From: Amoebidium appalachense
Lineage: Eukaryota > Protista > Ichthyosporea
NCBI GenBank assembly: GCA_963693365.1
Contig: CAVNZM010000013.1
Coordinates: forward strand, 8,494,940-8,558,939
Direction of reading: 5' to 3'
DNA length: 64,000 bases
In this document: positions 42,551-57,355 of the stretch, piece by piece
Numbering within the stretch: position 1 is the stretch's first letter
How the letters are laid out: the number at the start of each line of letters is the position of its first letter
Program-made: the position numbers and the translations under genes
Notes under the pieces: model-generated
Database searches by the model: none
The model's input: only the letters and a program-made list of their open reading frames with translations
What the model was told of the DNA's origin: nothing

Positions 42551-43915
42551 CTAACTCGATTCCTCCTTTCCACCCTCTGCATCACTTCCATTTTCATCCT
42601 TGTTAATTGATGTGAATCGCAGATACTGTCCCACCCTGTAGTGTGTGGGCCTAAATGTCACAAACCGGCCGTTCTCGACCTGCAACCGGAAGAGGGGATT
42701 CGGCTCATTATTATTGGTCGAGCTAAATTTAGACGACGAATCAGCAATTAGCACGGCACCGTCCTTCAGCGACCCGATCGGGGAGACTGAGTCCCATACG
42801 GTGGCAGCGTATGGGTTGTTTGGGCAGTGGTTGTTTTCAAAAACCCCGGAAATGATCACGGTTGCACCCGGGCGAATTTGGTTGTTTGCAATGGCACACC
42901 CCCTAGACCTTCGCTCATCTGCACTGGTTGCTACATTGTCCTTGAAAGTTCCCCCCACCAGCAAATCTGCCTGCACAACCTGCACCCAAAGTCCGGCCCC
43001 ACGTGCATCCCATCCCTCCTCGGCATGGGCAGTGTTGTTTACAACTGTTGAGTTGAAAATTAGGGGGGCATTTTGCTCAAAAACAGTCAGTGCAGCTCCA
43101 CCAGACGCAAAATTTCGGTCGAAAGTTGTGTTGTAATCAAAGATCGCCTCCCCCTGCAACTGAAAAATATTCAATGCACCCCCCGCCCCGTGCTGGAACT
43201 GGTGAGAGTTTTTCAAGAAATTGGTATATCTAACGGATACGGGGCCTTCAGATATACGCACCCATATAGCACCTCCACCGGACTCCCACCTGTCACCCAT
43301 TCCCTCGGGAACTACACACGTGTTTTTCACAAAGGTGCTGTTCGAAATGTCTATCCCACTCGACCGCCCAATGAAAATAGCACCACCACCCCTCTCACCC
43401 GTTTTGAACCCCTCAAAGGTGCAGCTTTCAATTTCCAACTTGACCTGTGCATATGTGGGGTCTGTGCAAAATTCGCCGTTGCCCAGGGTGGGGGTCCTAA
43501 TCGCAGACCCCAATTTTCCCTCTGCCTGCCTGAAATTCAGCCCCTTTAAGGTGATGTGTGTCTGCTTGTCGCATGTGACGTCAAACATCGAACCGGCTTT
43601 GTCGTCTATTTCGCTCAAAACCTCAACACCACCCGAAGCTCCCCCGACAATGGTGACGTCACCAGTGATTTTGATTGGCGCGCTCACCACAATATTTCTA
43701 TTTACGGTAACTCGGGCGCCGGCACCCGCACCTTTAATCGCGTCATTTAAAGAGTCGTGGCATCCACCACCGGACGTTTCAACGGCACACTGTGATCGGC
43801 GCACGTGCATGATATCACGTGTTTGTGTTAGGCGGCGCAGCGGACGGGTGGGTTTGGTGTGCACAGTGGTGATGGTGAGCACCAATAGGCGAAGGAGCAT
43901 ATGCATGTGTAGCAT
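42551..43915 (-). CDS. Secreted right-handed beta-helix (pectin-lyase-like / Pmp-repeat) protein, intronless, about 454 aa, paralog of 21090-22415
   Basis: First ATG at 43915 (MLHMHMLLRLLVLTITTVHT signal peptide). Colinear motifs shared with the paralog: SAPI, GSxxRTPxLG, RGGGA, RWxSGGGA, HxFQHxxGGA, GWDARG, RGCxIANN, VWDSVS. Confidence 0.88.
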   Translation of the reverse strand: MLHMHMLLRLLVLTITTVHTKPTRPLRRLTQTRDIMHVRRSQCAVETSGGGCHDSLNDAIKGAGAGARVTVNRNIVVSAPIKITGDVTIVGGASGGVEVLSEIDDKAGSMFDVTCDKQTHITLKGLNFRQAEGKLGSAIRTPTLGNGEFCTDPTYAQVKLEIESCTFEGFKTGERGGGAIFIGRSSGIDISNSTFVKNTCVVPEGMGDRWESGGGAIWVRISEGPVSVRYTNFLKNSHQFQHGAGGALNIFQLQGEAIFDYNTTFDRNFASGGAALTVFEQNAPLIFNSTVVNNTAHAEEGWDARGAGLWVQVVQADLLVGGTFKDNVATSADERRSRGCAIANNQIRPGATVIISGVFENNHCPNNPYAATVWDSVSPIGSLKDGAVLIADSSSKFSSTNNNEPNPLFRLQVENGRFVTFRPTHYRVGQYLRFTSINKDENGSDAEGGKEESS

Positions 43916-45588
43916 TTTTGCGTTGAATGGCCAGGTGCAGTAGGGTACAGGTATATGCAATATCGTGATCAAAACTACCACGTTACTCGATTACTGTTTG
44001 GCCTGTAGGGCTGGCAGTGCCCCGAATGTTAATTAACTCGTGTGGCTCTCAGATGGCCCAGTCTGGCCCCACGGGCTCACACACTGATGACCTTGAGTTG
44101 ACGTGCAAAGAATTTCAAGTCAACACGTATCAGTTGTGGACTCCACGGCACTAAAAGGGTTAACATTAGCAACTGAATAAAAATTACTGGGCACCTTTAT
44201 AGGAGTGTTTGCATAGCTAACCATAGGCCCTCAGTATGTCTGCCAGGGAAGGAAGCACTAACACCAGGCATCTACTGATATTAGTAAGTATGATGTGTGT
44301 GTTTGCCTCGAGAGTACCTGCGAATGCTCTAGACAGGAGAGGTTGTTGTTGTCAGGCCTACTTTTCGTATGCACGTGCAGTACAAGTCAAGAAAAATCGA
44401 GTGCTGTGGTAGTTGCGGTTCAAGGCGAAGCGGCGCTTTGAATGAAAACGGCAGCCTCTGTGTCTGTTTATATACCCGTTCGTTGCCTTGATAGTGGTGA
44501 CCTGGCAACCAACCAGCTGACACCAAAGCGGCTATCCAATCACATTTAGCTTGTTAAAAGGTTATGCACCAATAGGATGTTTGTTGTGATGCATTCTTGT
44601 CCAATCGGAATGCCACACATACCTGCCCTATCTCCGCCCAGCTGCCACCCACTTATCTGAGTATCTGAGGCTGAGAGTACCGTTGCGGCAGCTGGCGCAG
44701 TGTCGGGCTTCGCCACCTAAATAGGGCCAAAAATAGACGGCGAGTTGCACTGTGCACAGGCCCGTACAGCAAGTGACCAAAATAGAACGGGCGGAGCCTC
44801 ATGATCTGCCCGGGCGGGCGTGGAGTTGCCAGGTGACGCATGAATGGGTGTCAGTACAAGCGCATGGGCGATCGGGGTCTCGCGGAACGAGCTGTGTGCA
44901 CGTGTACACCTGCTCACGCCGTGGTGCTGGCAGGCAGCCAGTGACACCTCGCGGACTGCCTAACGGTGGCACAAACACAGACAAACAAAGACTGTATGGA
45001 TACTGAGTTTCGACCACGAACCAGCATATACCGTAATGGCGTAGCCCGCACACACATGCGCACACGTATCTTCATGGTAAGATACTACACACACGAGCAC
45101 GTACATGTACACCGACTCTTAGACCGCGGAAGACAAACACACACACACGTCTACGTAGACACGCAGTGCACTGCACATTCACATGTGCAATGCGTAACAC
45201 ACAATCGACGGACGTAACACTTGTGTTCGCCCAAACAACACCTTGGCGAGCACAACAGCGGGCCCGCACTTGTATAAAAGCACCCTAGCCGCCAACCGGT
45301 GGTAGGTACACACATACACATGTGCACAGCAAATAAACTGCTACCTGAAATATGCACGCAGAAAGGCGCAAAATGGCGTGGCATGTGCGGTCCAATATTG
45401 AATACGGCATGTGCACGCGCGCACGGGCACACACGCGTGCGTGCACCACACGCACACGCACACACGCACGCACGCACACACAAAAACACACACGTGCGCG
45501 CATACACACAGACACACACACACAGACACGCACACACACACAGGGAGAGAGAGAGAGAGGGAGAGGGGGAGAGAGAGAGGGGGGGGGG

Positions 45589-45810
<222 letters not shown>

Positions 45811-45879
45811 ACGCACACTCACCGGATAAGCTGAGCGGCGCACAGATTCATGTGATGCATGCGCATACATGCCCCCCTT

Positions 45880-45910
<31 letters not shown>

Positions 45911-45994
45911 CCCCCCCCCCCCCCCCCCTCTCCTTCGAGGATCCCCCCCCCCTTCCCCTTCCCCTCTCCCGCGAGACACACACACACACAGATA

Positions 45995-46075
<81 letters not shown>

Positions 46076-46077
46076 CG

Positions 46078-46116
<39 letters not shown>

Positions 46117-46148
46117 ACACACACGCACACACACACACACAGACACAC

Positions 46149-46208
<60 letters not shown>

Positions 46209-46562
46209 TCCGAACAGCAAATCTTCATATGTACGCGAGGTGACCTGCCCACCGTGCAACAAATACCTCATCAAAATGGTATCCCCTCCTCCCCTCCGGC
46301 CTCCCTTCTCCCCATCCCCCCCTTCTCTCACTTTTCCCCTCCCCCCCTCCCCCCCACCCCCTCCCCCCCCCACCCCTCCCCCCCCCCCCCCCCCTTCCCC
46401 TCCCCTCTCTCCCGACCTTTTCCTAACATCCGAGTCGTGTTGCCCACAAGTTCCAACCTCACAACAGTCGGTACCCACCCACAACATGGCGGTATGGGAA
46501 GACGCTAATATAGTGGTAGAAACAAAAAAGGTGGTGGCCTGCATTCTTGGGGTACAGCCACT

Positions 46563-46639
<77 letters not shown>

Positions 46640-46954
46640 CTCCCCCTCTCAAGCCCCCCCCCACACACACTCACAAACACACACCACGCACCCTTACCCG
46701 CCATGTTGCCACCACTATACCTTGGAGAGGGGGGAGGGGGGAGCATTAAGGCCCATATGGTGCAAGGGGGGAAAAAGGTGGAAGGGGCCCTGGTGGTAAG
46801 TTGAACATTTCGAAGGGGAGAAAATGCTCCCCCTCCCGCCAACCCCTTCTCTCTTCTTCTTCTTCTTCTTCTTCTTGCCTTTTTTTTTCTTCCTTTTTTT
46901 TTTTTTTTTTTAAATGAAAGAGGGGGGCAGAGGGGGGGGAGGGGGAGGGAGGCA

Positions 46955-46988
<34 letters not shown>

Positions 46989-47316
46989 GGGTAAATGGTG
47001 GGGTGAGGTGTGCGGCGACAAAGGTGTTGCTCACACGGAAACAAAGAGGATGATGAAACGCAAGTAAGTCTTAAAGCGAAACATAAGATGTGTGTGTGTG
47101 TGTGAAGGTGTGATGCAGATCTGCAGTGAAGGGCTGCCGGAAGAGGTAGGGGGGAAGGGGGGAAGGGGGAGGGGTGGGGGGAGGGAGAGATATCAGAGAT
47201 CTAATTAGTAAAGGCAGTAATGCTGTAGGAGAGGTACGGGTTTTGTGTGTGTGTGTGCACAGCGTGCGAGCGTGCACGCACGCGCTCGCGCGTGTGTGTG
47301 AGGGGCGCCCCGACGG

Positions 47317-47360
<44 letters not shown>

Positions 47361-47716
47361 TCTACACAATTCATCATATGCCTGCAAGGAACAGACAAAA
47401 ATGGCTGGGAAAGTTTGAGCTTCTAAAAGGAAGTAGACACTTTCTTCATTTTCAGGGGATGGCCGACCCCGAGGTGTTCAGGCGTTGGTGAGGCTTTTTT
47501 TGTTTTTGTTTTTGTGTGTGTATCTGTGGGTGTGTGAGTGTGTATACCGGGTTTGGGTAAAAGATATGTGGTGATGGTGGTCGGGGAGAGGGGGGGACAG
47601 GGGGAGGAGAGATGGGGGAGGGGGAGGGGGGGAATACCGTTGAGGTGGACAAGTGGGAAGGGGATTAAGTGGGAATTAAAAAAAAAAAGTGAAGAAGTGA
47701 TAGCTGTAATGAAGAA

Positions 47717-47753
<37 letters not shown>

Positions 47754-48276
47754 TAATGCAGCCTTGGCACTGTTGTGTGTTGCACTGTGTGCACACATGG
47801 TCACATGAGTCAATTTCTGGAAACCAAGACTCGTTCAATGAACCGGCGGAGCCACAATGAGGTGGCATGCAGGCGTGAATGGGGAGGCAAACGGTGCATG
47901 CAAGGGAGGCGGGGTCTGCTTGCCTGGGGAGAGGGCTGTGATATTTAGCCAATAGATGAAAGCTTAACTTATACCTTTGGATATGATCCATCCGCATATG
48001 TCTTGAATTCATCAGGTTCAATAATGATCAGACACTGCAGCATTCTCCGATGATCTTCGGAATGTTTATCATTTGACAACAATACAATTTACCTCCACAC
48101 GACTTGAATAGTAATCGGGTGGTTAAGACAGCGGGATGATGTGAGGGAATGTGTTTGGGTGGTGGGAAGCTGCTTCCTTCCATAACGTAACCAACTACCA
48201 CCCACACCCGGGCCCTCACATAATAGTTTCCTTGCAACTGACTCTGAGCCAATGTGTCTTCCAGAGTCAGACTGTC

Positions 48277-48334
<58 letters not shown>

Positions 48335-50342
48335 GGGGGGGAAGGGAGGTTGTGCGTGTACGGTGCGTCTGTGACACTGTGTGTGTGTACGTACGTGTGT
48401 GTGCGATGGGGAGGGGCGGGGGGTAAGGGGAAGGGGGGGAGGGGGGGGAGGGGTGGAAGGGGGGGGGGGGGGGGGGGTTGAAGGGCCCCGTGACCACTAA
48501 TAAAAACTACAGTATTATTTCCCCGCTAATATTAGCATTTCAGGCTGTTAGGGTTAATATGTTTGGTGAACTCGTGAGCCAGGGAGATCTCGAGCGCCCG
48601 GGATCCGACTGTGGCAACAAATTTCTTGATTTGAACTTTGTGGCACTGTTTGCCGCCCGCCGCCGTGATTGTGTGCCATTTTGATGTTAAAGGGGGTTTC
48701 TTTTAGGCCGATAAATAGTCCCCATTCCAGCACATTCGGGTCAAGCCATTTGCTCAGCCTATAAATCAAAATCTGGAGCTACAATCTTCTTCCTGACGCT
48801 TGATTATTATCTCCCCCTTCTTTCCTTCTTTTTTCTCTCTTTTCTTTTTTCTTTTTGTTGTACTATGGCACATCTGTAACATGCTGCCGGCCAAACGATG
48901 GTGCGCAGCTGATGCGCAGCACGCCAATCACATAGCTAGAAATCCCTCTGACCCGACCCGACCCGGAAAGCTAAAAGAACCATCTTTAACAATTAAGGCC
49001 TTATTCAGTGAATAGTGACGGGTACCAGCCCCATGGGACCTATACACCTACGTTCCAGATTGAGCCCGTCAGGCAGACATGGCAGAACGATCGGACTATA
49101 CTATTTACAAGAGATACGGGGGGGTTTGATTCTAGCTGACTATGGTTTAGCTATGGGGGGGGGGTCCAGGTCCGAAATTTCACGTGTCTGCTGACGGGGG
49201 TCTAATATAACGTGGTGTGGTGGTGCTGTGGGGTTGAGAGCGGTGTTTGTGTGACTCTGAGACGCATATTATGATGCCTCTGCCCCCATCTAATAATGGA
49301 TGGTGTGTGTTTGTGTGGGCACGTGCACGTGATTTTGTCTTTTGTGTGTGTTTGTGTGTGTGCATGTGCATTTGTGCGTGTGTTTGTGTGTGTGCGCGCG
49401 CATGTGTGTGTACATATGTACGTATGTGTGTAGATGTGTTGTGTTGTTTCACGGTGTACGTGGTTGTGGGTGTGTCACGGTGTGTGTGTGTGTGTGTTTG
49501 AGCGTGTGTGCGTGTGTGCGTGTGTGGGTGGGTGTCATGTACTTGATGTGTGTGCATGGGTGACACGTGTGTGTGTACGTGTGTGTTGTGTGTGAGTGTG
49601 TCTGTGTGTCGGTGTGTGTGTGCTCGGTGTGCACTGGTGTGTGTGTGTGTGTGTGTGCACGTGTGTGTTTGTGCGTGTGACTTGAGGCCCTAGTGCACGT
49701 GGATATGGGATGCTCCGCAGCCCCCCCTCTCCCTGAGGCTTCCTCCCCCCGGCCCTCCCTCCCTCCCTTCCCTCCCCCGGCCCCCCCCACCCCCCCGCCC
49801 CCATCACCCTAGCTCCCCCCCCTCTCCCCCTTACTACCCAACACATGTACACAGACAGACACAGACACATACACACAAACACACACAACATCATGTGCAC
49901 ACACTCGCACACACTGCACGCACACACACACACACACACACACCTCACACGCACACACACACACACACACACACACCTCACACGCACACACACAACACAA
50001 TAAGCTGGGGTACGCACACACCGCCACACATCTGGCAAGCCTTAGGGCACACAGGCTGCGCCGGTCTTAGGGCGTGGCATCAAAACAATACAGCAGAACA
50101 CACTGGACGTACCACACAAATCTACGTAAAAGGCAGAGTCACACACATGCAGCACACATACACAAACTCAAATGTTGCTAGCATTTCCAGCCGTGCGCGC
50201 GGACACACATACACACACACATCACACCGTGACACCAACCATGCACGCACACATGCACGCATGCACGCACACACGCAGGCATGCAAGCACGCAGGCACGC
50301 ACGTATGCATGCACACACGTGTACACGCACGCACACACGCAC

Positions 50343-50388
<46 letters not shown>

Positions 50389-50391
50389 GGC

Positions 50392-50447
<56 letters not shown>

Positions 50448-51477
50448 TTGCCCCAGTCCAAGCTTAAGGCACTTAGCGGAACGAGTGCCATTCGGAAAAT
50501 GGTGGGTAAAGGTAAAGGAAGGAGAGGTGCGGGGGTGGGGGGGGGGGGGGGGGGGGGAAGGGGAGAGGCGGGGGTTCGTCCGTAGGTAGGGGGGGAACCA
50601 CCTCACCGGACAGATGGTTCTTCTACATATGCCCCCTCCCCTCCCCCCGGACCTCCCTCTCCCCCTACCCTCCTATAAAACACGCACACACCCGGAGGTG
50701 TCAAAGGGTGAGGGAAGGGAGCTAGCAGAGCGATCGGATTCCTCCCACACACGCGGCTGTTTGGGGGAGGGGGGAGAGGGGGGGGGGGGGGAGGGAGGGG
50801 GTCGGGAGGAGGGAACTCACTGACTCTCCCCAAAGCAGGTGCCCCTTCCCCCCCTCCCCCCTCTCCCCCCTTCCCCTACCCCCTCTCTCCTGCCCCCTCC
50901 CCTCCCCCCCCCTCAGGCCCTTCCCCCCTCTCTCTCCCCTCCCCTCCCCCCCCCCCCCCTCCCCCCCATTCCCAAACCATAAGGAGAGGGATGAGGAACG
51001 AGTGCAACTACTAGGAATTTCGATTTTCTACCGCCCTTTCCCATCCCCCCTCCCCCCCCCCCCAAATCTTAAAATTCAAAACTCCCCTGTATCCTCTCGG
51101 AATCAGATTCTATGATTAATTATAAAATGACATCCCCCACCAGTAATACAAGTATTAAAGTCAGGCGACGGCCCAACTGTTTTTGGGCTTCCACAAGATT
51201 ACCAGTGCTCGGTTAGTGAGTTTCATCGTTCAGAACTTGTCCTGTCTGTCTGACTGCTATGTCTTCTCCTGGGGTCGGCACCCGCCCATAGATGACCCCT
51301 CCCCTCCGAGTAAGGTCTTTACTAATTCGTTTTTAGGGTTTTTTTTTTTTTTTTTTTGGGGGGGGGGGGGGGGAAGGAAGGAGGAAGGGGGGGGGGGGGG
51401 GGGGGGGGGGGGAGAAGGGGGGGGTGGGGACGACAGGAGATTTATTTGTTTTCTAGTCCCCCCCGCCCCCTCCCTCC

Positions 51478-51600
<123 letters not shown>

Positions 51601-51642
51601 CACGATCTGCGCGTGTGTGCGTGTGTGTGTGCACTGTGTGTG

Positions 51643-51743
<101 letters not shown>

Positions 51744-52050
51744 TCTGTGTGTGTGCACGGTGTGTGTGTATGTATGTATGTGTGTGTGTGTGTGTGTGTG
51801 TGCGCGCGCACGGCGTGTGTGTATGTGTATGTATGTGTGTGTGTGTGTGCGTGTGTGTGTGTATGTGGGTGTGTGCGCAAACGCTTGCACTTGCGGGTAC
51901 GTGCGTGCCTGGGTGCGTGTATTTCTTTTCTTCTTTTTCCGGAGGGAGCAGGGGGAGGGGTGGGAGGAGGGGGTGAAGGTCTCGGAAGGGGGAAACCTCG
52001 GGGGAAGGGGTGAGTGAAGCAAATTCACCCGCGATAGGCGCAAACACGTG

Positions 52051-52205
52051 GGCATCAAGTTGTTAATACCATGTTTAGGCATCAAGTTATTATTGCCATA
52101 GCCATCGTGCTAATATTACAATATTTAGGCATCAAGTTGTTACTACCATATTTAGTCATCAAGTTGTTACTACCATATTTAGGCATCAAGTGACTATTAC
52201 CACAT
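52051..52205. repeat. 27-bp minisatellite (TAGGCATCAAGTTGTTACTACCATATT), about 5 units
   Basis: Tandem units read directly. Confidence 0.85.
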
Positions 52206-52409
52206 TAGACATATGCATGGTCAAATGGTCTGCTCCGGATTCATACGAAATGGAAATCAATACTGTGTGTGTGTGCACGTCACACTCCGAGCACACGCCA
52301 TCTACTGAGGTCTGACACAGTTGACATTTGACGTTGACATTTGACTGTGACAAGGATATGTCAGTTACCGCACAGCACGAGACAAAGCAAGAGGCTGCAA
52401 GATTCCTTA

Positions 52410-52655
52410 TGATTAATTGACTGCACACACATACACACATTTATAATTCTGATTGCTTAACTGCATACACACACACATACATTTATAATTCTGATTGTTT
52501 AACTGCATACACACACATACATTTATAAGTCTGATTGTTTAACTGCATACACACACATACATTTATAAGTCTGATTGCTGAACTGCATACACACATACAT
52601 TTACAATTCTGATTGCTTAACTGCATACTTACACACACATTTATCAGTCTGATAC
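52410..52655. repeat. 38-42-bp minisatellite (ACATTTATAATTCTGATTGCTTAACTGCATACACACACAT), about 6 units
   Basis: Tandem units read directly; they differ mainly in CA count. Confidence 0.88.
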
Positions 52656-52957
52656 CTACACCCTTGCTCCTGCCTGTATCATCAACATGCTTTGTGCAAA
52701 CCAGCCGTCATGTGCCCTTACATACGTCCTGCACAGCAACATGAGTGGCACCAGACCTGCAAAGCCCTAATTCCTTTCCTATGAAAACTTCAGACCTCCC
52801 CCCCCCCCCCCCCCCCCTCCCCCCCCCCCCCCCCTTCGAACTCACCCAGCCCCGCCACTGCAACCCATAGGCACATATCCTCTGCCTGCCTCCTCCAAAA
52901 AGTCAACCTCCCCGTGGGCACCGTCAACTCAATTATGGATCACACTAATCCGGATAG

Positions 52958-52998
<41 letters not shown>

Positions 52999-53005
52999 CC
53001 CCGCC

Positions 53006-53042
<37 letters not shown>

Positions 53043-53080
53043 CCCAAACGCCCCCCACACCCCATCCCCTCCCCTCCCCT

Positions 53081-53117
<37 letters not shown>

Positions 53118-53296
53118 CAATCCTTTTTCTAAGTTGCCCGTCATTTTTCAAATGAACCTTGCATATTACCACTAGATTTTCTTATTTCCTTATTCCCCTC
53201 CCCTCCCTCCATCTCCCGATACCCCCCAACATCCCTCAGTGGCCCGCAGACATATCTACACTGCCCTAGCCCGTAGCACCTGAACACCTGGAAAGG

Positions 53297-54384
53297 CTAA
53301 ATGCTATCCATCGGAAATTCCACACTGGGGGGGTTCAAAGCCCCCCTCGAGCACATTCCCAGCCTGATCTCGAACTTTCCATCCTTCACATACTGGGCCA
53401 TCTGGGTCATGGGGGCCAAATACCACGTCAGGGCCCCATCAACGCCCCTCACTGTCGTGCGCCACTTGGGTGACGTCACCTCATAGTCCCTACCCTGCCC
53501 AGGGTGCACAATTCTCATGCGCCTGCAGTACGTGACCGTGCTATCCTCCCACCCGTCCTTGCCTCGATTTTTTGCAGGGATCCCACTCCCCGTCCTCTCC
53601 AACTCCGCCCCCTGCCTTCCCTCCGCACTCTCTTTTGGGCCCAGCCAATAAGTGCTCAGCGTTAAAAGTCTATTGTCATCCACCTCCACGACCTGACCCA
53701 TCCCCTCACCCTCCACCACGGGCACCATTTCACCGTTCTCCAGCCTCCTCATCTTGCGCTTTGTCTCCGTGCCCTTAGGGAACCTCCTCTTCATGCCCGC
53801 TGGGTGCAGGTCAGCAGGCATGGCCACAGCCCTCCACATGTGCCCCCCCCACTCAAAGTCCTCGATGCCCCGCCATGTGGGGGGCACATTGTGGCAGTCC
53901 TCTGGTGCTTTAAGGTGGAGGGTGATCTGCTCACGGGGCTGCATCCACAGGTCCGTGTTCACAAATGTGTTTTTGCCGCGCTCTGCCAAATATGGAAGGT
54001 TGACGTCGTGGGGCACGTCCTGCAGCAGCATGCACTCGTACGCGATTGGCAGAATGTCATGGCTCACTACGCCCGCCTCCCGCACCTCCTTTAACTCAAT
54101 CGGTGACATGAACGGATACCTCACAAACGTCTCCACCAATGGAAACGGGGTCTGGGTTGCCTTGCACCAACGCACCAATCCACGGAAGAGTTCGAATTCC
54201 TTAATTGGAAGTTCGTCCGAAACGGCAATTGCACGGACCATCGACAGATCGAATCGAGCCAGAAGGTTTTCATCGGCAAAGATTTCAGTATTTGATTTTA
54301 TGATGGTGGTGGTGCAGTAGGTCTGGATGGTGGTTTCCATCACAACAAGGGGCTCGATTGGCTGCACGGGCGGCTGTGTTGTGC

Positions 54385-54415
<31 letters not shown>

Positions 54416-54788
54416 GGGGGGGGAGAGGGGGGGATGGGGAGGGGGGGGTGAGGGGTGAGGAGGAGGATCATTGTTGCGGTGTGCCGTTATGGTGTGTTTG
54501 TGGGGGCGGGGGTTGGGGGGGTTGGGGGGAAGGTGGGGCACGCACGGGGGGGATCAACATGTTAATACAAAAGCACGTGCTGCAGTGACGAGTGCCACCT
54601 GGTCCACATGAAGGCACATACAGTGCGAGTGCGCACGGCAAAGCACTCAAAACTCTTTTTGCACTGAGGCTACACATCTCCCACTTGGGCTTTATGGCAA
54701 CCACCCAGCTCCTCTCTTGGCATCCCCCCCCCCCCCCTCCATCCCCCCAGAGGCAAAGACTGAGAAGATCTTCAAGTTAACTACGAGC

Positions 54789-54819
<31 letters not shown>

Positions 54820-55220
54820 ATCCACCCCCATGACCCACCCCCATGACCCACACCCACCCACCCACAAATCCCTCTCCATCCCTTCCCCCTCCCCCCTCCT
54901 TGCCCCCCACCCCCCCACCCCCCCCCCCACACACACACAAACACACACATAAACCGTCACCACCAACCCCATTCCCCTCCCCCCCCCTCCGCATCGACCA
55001 AACCCACCATTGCAACCCATAGGCACATATGCTCTGCCTGTTTCCTCCTCCAAATAAAAACAACTCCCCCCCCCCCGGGCCTCCCGACACTGTCAATGCA
55101 CTAATAAATCCCCCCCCCCCCCCCCCCCCCCTGTACACTGTCCGCTCCCGTCCTTCTTCTTCCCAATCCCCTCCCCCTTCCCTCCTCCCCCCTCCCCCCT
55201 ACCACCACCACCCCACCCCG

Positions 55221-55256
<36 letters not shown>

Positions 55257-57024
55257 ACCCACCCACCCACCCACCCCTCCCACAGTCCCCGCCAAAAAAG
55301 GCAACAAACTAGAAGGAGACAGTTAAACCACAGGCAGACATACTATCTTGCCAAAGGGTATTAGAACGTTTAAAAAACAAGTGATACCCTCTCCCTAAAG
55401 GGGGGTGGGGTGGGGTGTGGTTGGGGGGGGGGGGAGGGGGGAGAGGGGGCCCCCGCGGGGCGGGGGGGGGGGGGGGGGGGAGGGACGAAAGGGGAAGTAA
55501 CCAACCACAATAGGAAATCATACCATCAAAAAAGAAAAGGAAAAAAGAAAGAAAGAAAGACAGTAAGCCTGGCAAACAATCATTAAGCAGGAAAAAAAAA
55601 AAGTAACAGGCAAACAGCAAGCAAAGAGTAAGGAAACAAGTAAAGCAGTAAGTACTGAAAAGCAACTGTTGCTTGAATCCAAAATACGCTGTTGAACTTT
55701 GGACAACGGCAAACAAACACCGCATAAGGGATCACCTAAAAAAGGGAGAGTAACCAAACGGCAAGAAAACACAAGCAAAGACACTGCTCTACCATAATCC
55801 AACAACAAGCAAAAACAACTTGTGTGGGGGATGAAAACAGCAAGCGAAGCACAAGAAAACAGTAAGCAAACTGCTAAACAAGCAACAACAAGTCAACAAC
55901 AAGAGAACAAACAAGCAGTCCTTTAGAAAAAAGAAATCAAACCAGTAATCCTCTAAACAAGTAACAGATTGGCTAACTGTTAAGCAAGCAAACAAACAAG
56001 CAATCCGTTACTGAGCAAACAAGGTTTAACAAGCCGCACAACAAGCATACCGTCAAACAAGCAACAACAAGCCGTGACCGTTAAATAAGAAATAACAAGC
56101 ATGCAACAAGCAAGCAACAAGCAAACCGATAAAAGCAACAGCAAGCAAACGCAAAAAGGCTTACCGCTAAACAAGCAACAACGAGCAAAGAACAAGCAAG
56201 CAACAAGCAAGCAACGAGCAACAAGCACAGAACATGCAAACCGTTCAATAAGCAGGGACAAGCTATCAACAGGCAGCCCTCTGCCTCGCATGCTTGAAAA
56301 CAGGCAAATACACAACAGCTTGAAGAAGCTTCCCCGTAAGGGCATACCAACCAACTAAAAGCCCGTGCACTAAGCTTGATAGGCAGCACTCTCGACTTGG
56401 AAAAGCAAGCAGACTTGGCAGCCGTTGAAGGGGAAAAAAAAAAGAAAATCAAAAAAATAAAAAAAAAAATAAAAAAATAAAAAACTTTGAATCCACAGCA
56501 AGCAAACGCACAGGCAACGCTAAGAAACCAACAAAAAGCAATTTGCGCAACAGACAGACTTTACAACCAACTTGCAGCAAATAGAAAAACATCCTTCAGC
56601 AATCAAGCAATAAGCATGCCCACGACACAAATAAGCAAGCACTAAGCAAAAAACAAGCAACCCATAAAAACTCTACAAAACACAGCAAGTTCACCAAGCA
56701 CCACGCAAACGTTAACACACCTTCTCCGCTGGTTGCACCACCACCTCTTCTTCCTCTGTCCTCGCTCTTTTTCTTGGCGGCTGGCCGTCACCACCTTCCC
56801 CTTCACTCTGGGGGATCTCGACTCCATTTTCGTTCAGTTTTTGCTCACAGGTGGGGGTTTTTGGTTCGCCCTCAATCTGAGGGTCGTATTCCGGACATGC
56901 CCCCTTGAAGATTTGCAGTAGGAGCTCTTGGTGGTCGGATTTGAAAGCAGGGGCGAGGGATACAAACCGCGCAGTGGCTTCAGTGCAGAGCCATGACATT
57001 TGAAACTGTGGTTGTGTGTGTGTG

Positions 57025-57093
<69 letters not shown>

Positions 57094-57109
57094 ATGCGCG
57101 CACACGTCC

Positions 57110-57160
<51 letters not shown>

Positions 57161-57191
57161 GAGTCACTGTTAGAATCGAGCTTATCATTCT

Positions 57192-57225
<34 letters not shown>

Positions 57226-57295
57226 CTCCCCCCTCCCCCTCCCCCCCACCACCACCACCACCGCCGCCGCCGCCACCACCACCACCACGAACCCA

Positions 57296-57355
<60 letters not shown>

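Noticed and set aside
43073-43943. Plus-strand ORFs of 158 and 240 aa
   Set aside because: Antisense shadows of the beta-helix gene.
44034-44163. piggyBac-like MITE (TTAA...GGG-TTAA)
   Set aside because: The right end looks plausible but the left end lacks a matching CCC TIR.
52410-52655. CRISPR-like periodicity
   Set aside because: Units are contiguous with no unique spacers, there are no cas genes, and the context is eukaryotic.
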